Shown piece by piece: positions 52,891 to 64,000 of a DNA stretch of 64,000 nucleotides. Under the pieces are notes generated by a model. The model made no database searches. It saw only the letters and a program-made list of their open reading frames with translations, and was not told the DNA's origin. Each line of letters opens with the position of its first letter. The first letter of the stretch is position 1. Origin of the DNA: Camelus ferus (lineage: Eukaryota); NCBI RefSeq assembly GCF_009834535.1, contig NC_045697.1, forward strand, positions 119,042,001 through 119,106,000, in the 5' to 3' direction. The position numbers and the translations under genes were made by a program.

Positions 52891-53658
52891 CAACTGAAAA
52901 AACTTTGTGTTCCCTTCAGATCGGTGAAGGACGGCTTCATACAACACATATCCTCAGAACTGAGGAGTGGAGAGACGTTCGTTCATCTAGCATAAAGGAC
53001 GTTGAAGGAGTAACTTTTACTGTTGGTTCTCAGTCTGTTTCCTAGGAGCCTGTTGATTACCTGCAGTTTTGAATGTAAAATCGAGTGGAGCTAGTACCTC
53101 CCCATATATGTGTATGGATTGGCAGATTGCAACTGAAGAACTTTGTGTTCCCAACAAGCTAGTTGAAGACGGCTTTCCACAACCACTTATCTCAAACTGA
53201 GCATGTGGAGAGACGTTCGTTCATCTAGCACAAAGGGAACGGTTGCAGGAGAAACTTTTACTGTGGTTTTCCTCAGTCGTTTCCTAGTGCGCGCTTTTAA
53301 ACTCCTGCAGTATTCACTGTTAAACCGAGTTGGAGCTAGTACCCTCCCAATAATATATGTATGGATTGGAGATTGCACAACTGAAAAGAAACTTTGTGTT
53401 TCCCTAAAGCTTGTGAAGGACGGCTTTCAAACCACTTATTATCTCAAAAAAGGGCATGTGGAGCGACGTTCGTTTTCATCTAGCACAAAGGGAACTGGTT
53501 GCTGGAGAACTTTTCTCTGTGTTTCCGTCTGTTTTCTAGTTCCGGTTTGAAATTCCTGCTGTTTTACAATGTGAAAACCGGTTGGACCTAGTCTCCCCAC
53601 ATATATAGGTATGGAGTGGAGTTTGCAAATGAAAAGAAACCTTGTGTTTCCTACAAGC

Positions 53659-53758
53659 NNNNNNNNNNNNNNNNNNNNNNNNNNNNNNNNNNNNNNNNNN
53701 NNNNNNNNNNNNNNNNNNNNNNNNNNNNNNNNNNNNNNNNNNNNNNNNNNNNNNNNNN
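53659..53758. other. Assembly gap (exactly 100 N, probably a placeholder of unknown true size)
   Basis: Run of 100 N between ...CTACAAGC and CTCTGGTTTT... Confidence 0.99.
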
Positions 53759-56700
53759 CTCTGGTTTTCAGACTGTTTCCTAGTGCCCGTTTGAAGTTCC
53801 TGCAGATTCACTGTAAAATAGAGTTGGAGTTAGTACCTCCCTGTATATATGTAGGGATTGGAGTATGCAACTGAAAAGAAACTTTGTATTCCCAACAAGA
53901 TATGTGAAGGATGGCTTTCACACAATTATCTCTCCGAAATTTCCATGTTGAGAGAAGTTCGTTCATCTATCACAAAGGGAATGGGTTGCAGGAAAAACTT
54001 TTACTCTAGTTTCTCATTCTATTTCCTAATGCCGGTTTGAAGTTCCTGCAGTTTTCACTGTAAAACAGGGATGTAGCTAGTTCCTCCCCAAATACATTTA
54101 TGGAGTGGTGTATTCACATGAAAAGAAACTTAGTGTTCCCAACAAGCTAGCTGAAGGCGGCTTTAACACAAACATATCTCTCAGACCTGAGCATGTGGAG
54201 AGACCTTCGTTCATCTAGCACAAATGGAACGGGTTGAAGGGGAAACATTTACTCTGGTTTCTCAGTATGTTTCTTGTGCCGGTTTGAATTTACTGAAGAT
54301 TTCACTGTAAAACACAGTTTGAACTAGTACCTCCCCATATATTTGTATTGAGTGGAGTTTGCAAACGAAAAGAAACGTTGTGTTCCCAACAAGATATGTG
54401 AAGGACGGCTTTCACACACACTTATTTTTCAGAACTGAGCATGTGGAGAAACTTTCGTTCATCAAGCACAAAGGGAACATTTTGCAGGAGAAACTTTTTA
54501 TCTGGTTTATCATTCTGTTTCCTAGTTCCTGTATGAAATTCCTGCAGTTTTCACTGTAAAACCGAATTGGAGCTAGTACCTCCCCTTATATATGTATGGA
54601 GTGGAGTTTGCAACTGAAAAGAAACTTTGGGTTCCCAACAAGCTAGGTGAAGTACGGCTTTCACACACACTTATCTCTCAGAAATGAGCATTTGGAGAGA
54701 TGTTCACTCATCTATCAAAAAGGAAACGGGTTGAAGGAGAAACTTTTACTCTGGTTTCTCAGTGTGTTTCCTAGAGCCAGTTTTAAGTTCCTGCAGTTTT
54801 CACTGTAAAACCGAGTTGGAGCTAATACCTCCACGTATATATGTATGGAGTGGGGTTAGCAACTGAAAAGAAACTTTGTGTTCCCAAAAGCTAGGTGAAG
54901 GAGGGCTTTCACACACACTTATCTCTCAGAACTGAGCATGTGGAGAGACTTTCGTTCATCTAGCAAAAAGGGAACGGGTAGCAGTGTAATCATTTACTGT
55001 GGATTCTCAGTCTGTTTCCAAGTGCCGTTTGAAGTTCCTGCAGTTTTCACTGTAAAACACATTTGGAGCTAGTACATACACATATATATGTATGGAGTGG
55101 TTTTTGCATCTTAAAAGAAACTTTGTGTTCCCAACAAGCTCGTTGAAGAACGGCTTTCACACACTGGTATCTCTCAGAATTTAGCATGTGGAGAGACATT
55201 CGTTCATCTAGCAGAAAAAGAACTGTTTACTGAATAAACTTTTACTCTGGTTTCTCAGTCTGTTTCCTAGTGACGGGTTGAAGTTCCTGCAGATTCACTG
55301 TAAAATCGAATTGGTGCTAGTACCTCCGTATATATATTTATGGGTTGGAGTTTGCAACTTAAAAGAAACATTGTGTTCCCAACAAGTTATTTGAAGGACG
55401 GTTTTCACACACACTTATCTCTCAGAACTGAGCATGTGGAGAGACGTTCGTTCATCTAGCAAAAATTGAACGGGTTGCTGGAGAAAATTTTTCTCTCGTT
55501 TATCAGTCTGTTTCCTAGTTTAGTTTAGAAGTTCCTGCAGTTTTCACTGTCAAACTGAGTTGGAGCTCGTACATCCCCATATATATGTATGGAGTGGAGT
55601 GTGCAACTGGAAAGAAACTATGTGTTATCAACAAACTAGATGAAGGACTGCTTTCACACACACTTATCTCTCAGAATTGATCCTGTGGAGAGAAGTTGGT
55701 TCATGTAGCACAAAGTGAATCGGTTGCAGGAGAAACATTTACTCTCGTTTTCAGTCTGTTTCTAGTGCCGGATTGAAGTTCCTGCAGATTCACTGTAAAA
55801 TCGATTTGGAGCTAGAACATCCCTATATATATGTATTAATTGGAGTTTGCAACTGAAAGAAAACTTATGTTCCCAAAAAGATATGTGAAGGACGGCTTTC
55901 ACACACACTTACCTCTCAGAACTGAGCATGTAGAGAGACGTTCGTTCATCTAGCACAAAGGGAACAGGTTGCAGGAGAAATTTTTACTCTGGTTTCTCAG
56001 TCTGTTTCCTGGTTCTGGTATAAAATTCCTGCATATTTCACTGTAAAACCGAGTTGGAGCTAGTAACTCCCTTATATATGTATGGAGTGGACTTTGCAAC
56101 TGCAAAGAAACTATGTGTTCCCAACAAGCTAGTTGAAGGACGGTATTCACACACACTTATCTCTCAGAACTGAGCATGTGGAGGGACTATCGTTCATCTA
56201 GCACAAAGGGAACTGTTTGCAGGTGAAACTTTTACTCTGTTTTCTAAGTCTGTTTCCTAGTGCCCGTTTGAATTTCCTTCAGTTTTCACTGTAAAACCGA
56301 GTTGGTGCTAGTCTCTCCCCATAGATATGCATGGAGTGGAGTTTGCAACTTAAAAGAAACTTTGTTTTCCCAACAAGCTAGGTGAAGAGATGCTTTCACA
56401 CACAATTATCTCTCAGAATTTAGCATGTGGAGAGACGTTCTTTCATCTAGCTCAAAGGGAACGGATTGCAGGAGAAACTTTTACTCTGGTTCCTCAGTTT
56501 CCTAGTGCCGGTTTGAAGTTCCTGCAGATTTCACTGTAAAACGGATTTTGAGCTTGTACCTCCCCATATAAATGTATTGATTTGAGTTTGCAACTGAAAA
56601 AAAAATTTGTGTTCCCAACAAGCTATGTGAATGACGGCTTTAACACACACTTTTCTCTCAGAAATGAGCATGTGGTGAGACGTTCGTTCATCAAGCAAAA

Positions 56701-59700
56701 ATTGAACGGGTTGCAAGAGAAACATTTACTCTTGTTTCTCAATTTGTTTCCCAGTGCCGGTATGAAGTTCCTGCAGTTATCACTGTAAAACCGATTTGGA
56801 GCTTAACTCTCCCCATATATATGTATGGAGTGGTGTGTGCAACTGAAAAGACTTTGTGTTCCCAACATGCTAGTTGAAGGACGGCTTTCACACACACTTA
56901 TCTCTCAGATCTGAGCATTTGGAGAGACGTTCGTTCATCTAGCACAAAGGGAATTTTTTGCAGGGTAACTTATACTCTGGTTTTCAGACTGTTTCCTAGT
57001 GCCAGTTTGAAGTTCCTCCAGATTCACTGAAAAAACGATTTTGAGCTAGAACCTCCCTGTATATATGTATGGATTGGAGTTTGCAACTGAAAAGGAACTT
57101 TGTGTTCCCAACAAGATATGTGAAGGATGGCTTTCACACACTCTTATCTCTCAGAAATTATCATGTGGAGAGAAGATCGTTCATCTATCACAGAGGGAAT
57201 GGTTTGCAGGAAAAACTTTTACTCTGGTTTCTCAGTATATTTCCTAGTGCCGGTTTGAGGTTCCTGCAGTTTTCAGTGTAAAATCGAGATGTAGCTTGTT
57301 CCTCCGCAAATAAATTTATGGAGTGGGGTACTCACATGAAAAGAAACTTGGATTTACCAACAAGCTAGCTGAAGGCTGCTTTAACACACACATATCTCTC
57401 AGACCTGAGCATGTGGAGCGACTTTCGTTCATCTAGCACAAAGGGAACGGGTTGCAGGGGAACATTTACTCTGGTTTCTCAGTCTGTTTCCTAGTTCCGG
57501 TTAGATTTTCCTGCATTTTTCACTGTCAATCTGAGGTGGAGCTAGTACCTCCCCATATATATGTATGGAGTGGAGTGTGCAACTGAAAAGAAACTTTGTG
57601 TTCCCAACAAGCTAGGTGAAGCTCGGCTTTCACACACACTTATCTCTCAAAATTTACCATGCGGAGAGACGTTCGTTCATCTAGCACAAAGGGAACGGGT
57701 TGCAGGAGAATCATTTTCTGTGGATTCTCAGTCTGTTTCCTAGTGCCGGTTTGAAGTTTCTGCAGTTTTCATTGTAAAACACAGTTGGGGCTTGTACATA
57801 CACTTATATATGTATGGAGTGGAGTTTGCATCATAAAAGAAACTTTGTGTTACCAACAAGATCTTTGAAGGACGGCTATCACACACAGGTATCTCTCAGA
57901 ATTTTGCATTTGGAGAGAAATTCGTTCATCTAGCAGAAATAGAACTGTTTCTGGAGAAACTTTTACTCTGGTTTCTCAGTCTGTTTCCTAGTGTCGGTTG
58001 GAAGATCCTGCAGTTTTCACTGTAAAATCGATTTGGAGCTATTATCTCCTCATACATATGTATAGATTGGAGTTTGCAACTGAAAAGAAACTTTGTGTTC
58101 CCAACAAGCTATGTGAAGTACGGCTTTCACACACACGTATCTCTCAGAATTTAGCATGTGGGGAGACGTTCGTTCATCTAGCACAAAGGGAACGGGTTAC
58201 AGGAGAAACTTTTACTCTGGATTCTCAGTGTGTTTCCTAGTGCCGGTTTGAAGTTCCTGCATTTATCACTGTAAAACTTAGTTGGAACTAGTACCTACCC
58301 ATATATATGTATGGATTGGAGTTTGCAACTTAAAAGAAACTTTGTGTTCCCTAAAAGCTAGGTGAGGGACGGCTTTCACACACACTTAAACCTCAGAACT
58401 GAGCATGTGGAGAGACATTCGTTCATCTAGCAGAAAAATAACGGCTATCAGGGGAAACATTTAATCTGGTTTCTCAGTCTATTTACTAGTTCCGGTATGA
58501 AATTCCTGCAGTTTTCACTGTAAAAACGAGTTGGAGCTATTAACTACCCTTATATACGTATGGATTGGAGTTTGCAACTAAAAAGAAAATTTGTGTTCAC
58601 AACAAGCTTGTTGAAGTACGGCTTTCACACACAATTATCTCTCAGAACTGAGCATGTGGACAGACGTACGTTCATCTAGCACAAAGGAAACGGGTTGCCG
58701 GAGAAACTTAATCTCTGGTTTCTCAGTATGTTTCCTAGTGCCGGTTTTAAATTCCTGCAGTTTTCACTGTCAAAATTGGTTGGAGCTAATATCCCCCCAT
58801 ATATATGTACAGATTGGAGATTGCACCTGAAAAGAAACTTTGTGTTCCCAACAAGCTAGGTGAAGGACGGCTTTCACACACAATTTTCTCTCAGAACTGA
58901 GCATGTGGAGAGTCGTTCGTTCATCTAACACAAAGGGAACGGGTTGCAGGAGAAACTTTTACTCTGGGTTCTCAGTCTGTTTCCGAGTACCTGTTTGAAT
59001 TTCCTGCAATTTTCACTGTAAAATCAAGTTGGAGCTAGTACCTCCCCTTATAAATGTATTGAGTGGAGTTTGCTCCTTAAAAGAATCCTTGTTTTCCCAA
59101 CAAGCTAGGTGAGGGACGGCTTTCACACACACATATCTCTCAGAACTGAGCATGTGGAGAGTCGTTCGTTCATCTAGCAAAAATTGAACGGGATCCAGGA
59201 GAAAATTTTACTCTGGTTTTTCAGTGTGTTTCCCAGTGCCGGTTTGAAGTTCCTGCAGTTATCACTGTAATACCGAGTTGGAGCTAGTACCTCCCCATAT
59301 ATATGTATGGAGTGGAGTGTGCAACTGAAACGAAACTTTGTGTTCCCAACAAGCTAGGTGAAGAACGGCTTTAACACACAATTATCTCTCAGAACTAAGC
59401 ATGTGGAGAGACGTTCGGTCATCTAGCACAAAGGGAACGATTTGCAGGAGAAAAATTTTACTCTGGTTTCAAAATTTGTTTCCTAGTGCCCCTTTGAAGT
59501 TCCTGCAGTTTTCACTGTAAAACCGAGTTGGATCTAGTACCTCCCAGTATATATGTACGGAGTGGAATTTGAAACTGAAAGAAAGTTTGTGTTCCCAACA
59601 AGCTAGGTGAAGGACGGCTTTCACACACACTTAGCTCTCAGAACTGAGCATGTGGAGAGACGTTCGTTCATCAAGCACAAATGGAACGGGTTGCAGGAGA

Positions 59701-62700
59701 AACTATTACTCTGGTTTCTCAGTATGTTTCCGAGTGCCGGGTTGAAGTTCCTGCAGTTTTCACTGTAAAACAGATTTGGAGCTAGTACATTCCCATATAT
59801 ATGTATGGAGTGGGGTTTGAACCTGAAAAGAAACTTTGTGTTCCCAACAAGCTTGGTGAAGTATGGCTTCCACACACACTTATCTCTCAGAACTGAGCAT
59901 GTGGAGAGACGTTCGTTCATCTAGCACAAAGGGAACGGGTTGCAGGAGAAACATTTACTCTATTTTCTCAGTCTGTTTCCTAGTTCCGGTATGAAATTCC
60001 TGCAGTTTTCAATGTAAAACCGAGTTGGAACTAGTACCTCCCCTTATATATGTATGGACTGGAGTTGGCAACTAAAAAGAAACTCTGTATTCCCAACAAA
60101 CTTGGTAAAGTACGGCTTTCACACACACGTATCTCTCAGAATATAGCATGTGGAGAGACGTTCGTTCATCTAGCACAAAGGGAACGGGTTACAGGTGGAA
60201 TTTTTACTCTGGATTTTCAGTGTGTTTCCTAGTGCCGGTTTGAAGTTCCTGCATTTATCACTGTAAAACCTTGTTGGAGCTAGTACCTACCCATATATAT
60301 GTATGGAGTGGTGTTTGCAACTGAAAAGAAGCTTTGTGTTCCAAACAAGCTAGGTGAGGGACGGCTTTTACACACACATATCTCTCAGAACTGAGCATGT
60401 GGAGAGTCGTTCGTTCATCTAGCAAAAATTGAACGGGAGCCAGGAGAAACATTTCTCTGGTTTCTCAGTGTGTTTCCCAGTGCCGGTTTGAAGTTCCTGC
60501 AGTTATCACTGTAATACCGAGTTGGAGCTAGTACCTCCCCATATATATGTATGGAGTGAAGTGTGCAACTGAAAAGAAACTTTGTGTTCCCAACAAGCTA
60601 GGTGAAGGACGGCTTTAACACACAATTATCTCTCAGAACTGAGCATGTGGAGAGACGTTTGGTCATCTAGCACAAAGGGAACGATTTGCAGGAGAAAATT
60701 TTTACTCTGGTTTCAAAATTTGTTTCCTAGTGCCACTTTGAAGTTCCTGCAGTTTTCACTGTAAAACCGAGTTGGATCTAGTACCTCCCAGTATATATGT
60801 ACGGAGTGGAATTTGAAACTGAAAGAAAGTTTGTGTTCCCAACAAGCTAGGTGAAGGACGGCTTTCACACACACTAAGCTCTCAGACCTGAGCATGTGGA
60901 GAGTCGTTCGTTCATCAAGCACAAATGGAACGGGTTGCAGGAGAAACTTTTACTCTGGTTTCTCAGTATGTTTCCTAGTGCCGGTTTGAAGTTCCTGCAG
61001 TTTTCACTGTAAAACAGATTTGGAGCTAGTATATCCCCATATATATGTATGGAGTGGAATTTGAACCTGAAAAGAATCTTTGTGTTCCCAACAAGCTATG
61101 TGAAGTACGGCTTTCACACACACGTATCTCTCAGAATTTAGCATGTGGGGAGACTTTCGTTCATCTAGCACAAAGGGAACGGGTTACAGGAGAAACTTTT
61201 ACTCTGGATTCTCAGTGTGTTTCCTAGTGCCGGTTTGAAGTTCCTGCATTTATCACTGTAAAACTTAGTTGGAGCTAGTACCTACCCATATATATGTATG
61301 GATTGGAGTTTGCAACTTAAAAGAAACTTTGTGTTCCCTAAAAACTAGGTGAGGGACGGCTTTCACACACACTTATATCTCAGAACTGAGCATGTGGAGA
61401 GACATTCGTTCATCTAGCAGAAAAATAACGGCTATCAGGAGAAACTTTTAATCTGGTTTCTCAGTCTATTTCCTAGTTCCGGTATGAAATTCCTGCAGTT
61501 TTCACTGTAAAAACGAGTTGGAGCTATTAACTACCCTTATATACGTATGGATTGGAGTTTGCAACTAAAAAGAAAATTTGTGTTCACAACAAGCTTGTTG
61601 AAGTACGGCTTTCACACACAATTATCTCTCAGAACTGAGCATGTGGACAGACGTTCGTTCATCTAGCACAAAGGAAACGGGTTGCCGGAGAAACTTAATC
61701 TCTGGTTTCTCAGTATGTTTCCTAGTGCCGGTTTTAAATTCCTGCAGTTTTCACTGTCAAAATGAGTTGGAGCTAATATCTCCCCATATATATGTATGCA
61801 GTGGAGATTGCACCTGAAAAATAACTTTGTGTTCCCAACAAGCTTGGTGAAGGACGGCTTTCACACACAATTTTCTCTCAGAACTGAGCATGTGGAGAGT
61901 CGTTCGTTCATCTAACACAAAGGGAACGGGTTGCAGGAGAAACTTTTACTCTGGGTTCTAAGTCTGTTTCCGAGTGCCTGTTTGAATTTCCTGCAATTTT
62001 CACTGTAAAATCAAGTTGGAGCTAGTACCTCCCCTTATAAATGTATGGAGTGGAGTTTGCTCCTTAAAAGAATCTTTCTTTTCCCAACAAGCTACGTGAA
62101 GGACGGCTTTCACACACAATTATGTCTTAGAACTGAGCATGTGGAGAGACGTTCTTTCATCTAGCACAAAGGGAACGGGTTGTAGGGAAACTTATCTCTG
62201 GATTCTCAGTCTGATTCCTAGTGCCGGTTTGAAGTTCCTGCAGTTTTCACTGTAAAACCTAGTTGGAGCTAGTACCTACCCATATATATGTATGGAGTGG
62301 AGTTTGCAACTGAAAAGAAACTTTGTGTTCCAAACAAGCTAGGTGAGGGACGGCTTTCACACACAAATATCTCTCAGAAATGAGCATGTGGAGAATCGTT
62401 CGTTCATCTAGCAAAAATTGAACGGGAGCCAGGAGAAACTTTTACTCTGGTTTTTCAGTGTGTTTCCCAGTGCCGGTTTGAAATTCCTGCAGTTATCATT
62501 GTAATACCGAGTTGGAGCTAGTACCTCCCCATATATATGTATGGAGTGGAGTGTGCAACTGAAACGAAACTTTGTCTTCCCAACAAGCTAGGTGAAGAAC
62601 GGCTTTAACACACAATTAACTCTCAGAACTAAGCATGTGGAGATACGTTTGGTCATCTAGCACAAAGGGAACGTTTTGCAGGGGAAAATTTTTACTCTGG

Positions 62701-64000
62701 TTTCAAAATTTGTTTCCTAGTGCCCCTTTGAAGTTCCTGCAGTTTTCACTGTAAAACCGAGTTGGATCTTGTACATCCCAGTATATAGGTAAGGAGAGGA
62801 ATTTGAAACTGAAAGAAAGTTTCTGTTCCCAACAAGCTAGGTGAAGGACGGCTTTCACACACACTTAGCTCTAAGAACTGAGCATGTGGAGAGACGTTCG
62901 TTCACCAAGCACAAATGGAACGGGTTGCAGGAGAAACTATTACTCTGGTTTCTCAGTATGTTTCCAAGTGCCGGGTTGAAGTTCCTGCAGTTTTCACTGT
63001 AAAACAGATTTGGAGCTAGTACATCCCCATATATATGTATGGAGTGGAGTTTGAACCTGAAAAGAAACTTTGTGTTCCCAACAAGCTTGGTGAAGTATGG
63101 CTTCCACACAAAATTATCTCTCAGAACTGAGCATGTGGAGAGACGTTCGTTCATCTAGCACAAAGGGAACGGGTTGCAGGAGAAACATTTACTCTACTTT
63201 CTCAGTCTGTTTCCTAGTTCCGGTATGAAATTCCTGCAGTTTTCAATGTAAAACCGAGTTGGAACTAGTACCTCCCCTTATATATGTATGGACTGGAGTT
63301 TGCAACTAAAAAGAAACTCTGTATTCCCAACCAACTTGGTAAAGTACGGCTTTCACACACACGTATCTCTCAGAATTTATCATGTGGAGAGACGTTCGTT
63401 CATCTAGCACAAAGGGAACGGGTTACAGGAGGAACTTTTACTCTGGATTCTCAGTGTGTTTCCTAGTGCCGGTTTGAAGTTCCTGCATTTATCACTGTAA
63501 AACCTTGTTGGAGCTAGTACCTACCCATATATATGTATGGAGTGTTGTTTGCAACTGAAAAGAAGCTTTGTGTTCCAAACAAGTTAGGTGAGGGACGGCT
63601 TTTAAACACACATATCCCTCAGAACTGAGCATGTGGAGAGTCGTTCGTTCATCTAGCAAAAATTGAACGGGAGCCAGGAGAAACTTTTACTCTGGTTTCT
63701 CAGTGTGTTTCCCATTGCCGGTTTGAAGTTCCTGCAGTTATCACTGTAATACCGAGTTGGAGCTAGTACCTCCCCATATATATGTATGGAGTGGAGTGTG
63801 CAACTGAAAAGAAACTTTGTGTTCCCAACAAGCTAGGTGAAGGACGGCTTTAACACACAATTATCTCTCAGAACTGTGCATGTGGAGAGACGTTTGGTCA
63901 TCTAGCACAAAGGGAACGATTTGCAGGAGAAAATTTTTACTCTGGTTTCAAAATTTGTTTCCTAGTGCCCCTTTGAAGTTCCTGCAGTTTTCACTGTAAA
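53759..64000 (+). repeat. Same ~249-bp satellite, right domain (about 41 monomers), more diverged and with its own set of variant monomers
   Basis: Same consensus motifs and orientation. It carries diagnostic variants not seen left of the gap, e.g. AGCAAAAATTGAACGGG, GTTTCAAAATTTG, AGCAGAAAAATAACGGCTATCAGG and CACATGAAAAG. Confidence 0.97.
58080..64000 (+). repeat. Higher-order repeat of 12/13 monomers (two copies, ~58080-61080 and ~61080-64000) with an internal 5-monomer sub-period
   Basis: ORF ends 58240/61227 (offset 2987, 12 monomers). ORF pairs 59621/62855 and 60050/63284 (offset 3234, 13 monomers). AGCAAAAATTGAACGGGA at ~59177, 60421, ~62410 and ~63656. Confidence 0.85.

Larger units (their letters stand above)
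1..53658 (+). repeat. Tandem satellite DNA array, ~249-bp monomer, left domain (about 215 monomers) with recent near-identical higher-order duplications
   Basis: TGTG(T/A)TCC begins at 1 and again at 250. The motifs TCAGAACTGAGCATGTGGAGAGACGTTCGTTCATCTAGC, CCTGCAGTTTTCACTGTAAAACC and CCCCATATATATGTATGGAGTGGAGTTTGCAACTGAAAAG recur every ~249 bp with no unique sequence and no inversion. Confidence 0.98.

Noticed and set aside
53640..53770. Monomer phase roughly preserved across the 100-N gap
   Set aside because: Exactly 100 N is a standard placeholder and the phase is off by a few bases, so this is probably coincidence. The ORFs spanning the Ns are artefacts.
1954..63466. The roughly 100 short ORFs (60-150 aa) in the six-frame track
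   Set aside because: All are translations of the satellite monomer in various frames on both strands. They appear where chance substitutions or indels remove stops, and they show no recognisable domain or gene context.
1..64000. CRISPR array or other repeat-spacer system
   Set aside because: There are no unique spacers: the whole 249-bp unit is repeated, and no cas-like genes are present.

Overview
The whole 64 kb window is one head-to-tail tandem satellite array with a ~249-bp monomer (about 257 copies), all in the same orientation. A 100-N assembly gap at 53659-53758 interrupts it. Consensus read by eye: TGTGTTCCCAACAAGCTAGGTGAAGGACGGCTTTCACACACACTTATCTCTCAGAACTGAGCATGTGGAGAGACGTTCGTTCATCTAGCACAAAGGGAACGGGTTGCAGGAGAAACTTTTACTCTGGTTTCTCAGTCTGTTTCCTAGTGCCGGTTTGAAGTTCCTGCAGTTTTCACTGTAAAACCGAGTTGGAGCTAGTACCTCCCCATATATATGTATGGAGTGGAGTTTGCAACTGAAAAGAAACTT. 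I see no genes, transposons, RNA genes or CRISPR array, and every ORF in the track is a translation of the satellite. The structure lies in the order of variant monomers: nested higher-order repeats with periods of 5, 6, 7, 9, 10, 12/13, 13 and 29-32 monomers, long-range duplications at offsets of ~19.65 kb and ~35.8 kb, and indels of whole monomers that create chimeric monomers. A separate, more diverged set of variants lies right of the gap. The monomer carries several short inverted repeats and has no canonical CENP-B box. The most likely origin is eukaryotic (peri)centromeric or heterochromatic satellite; I cannot name the species or family. Several indel-rich patches look like long-read consensus error, so part of the large-scale structure may be an assembly artefact.
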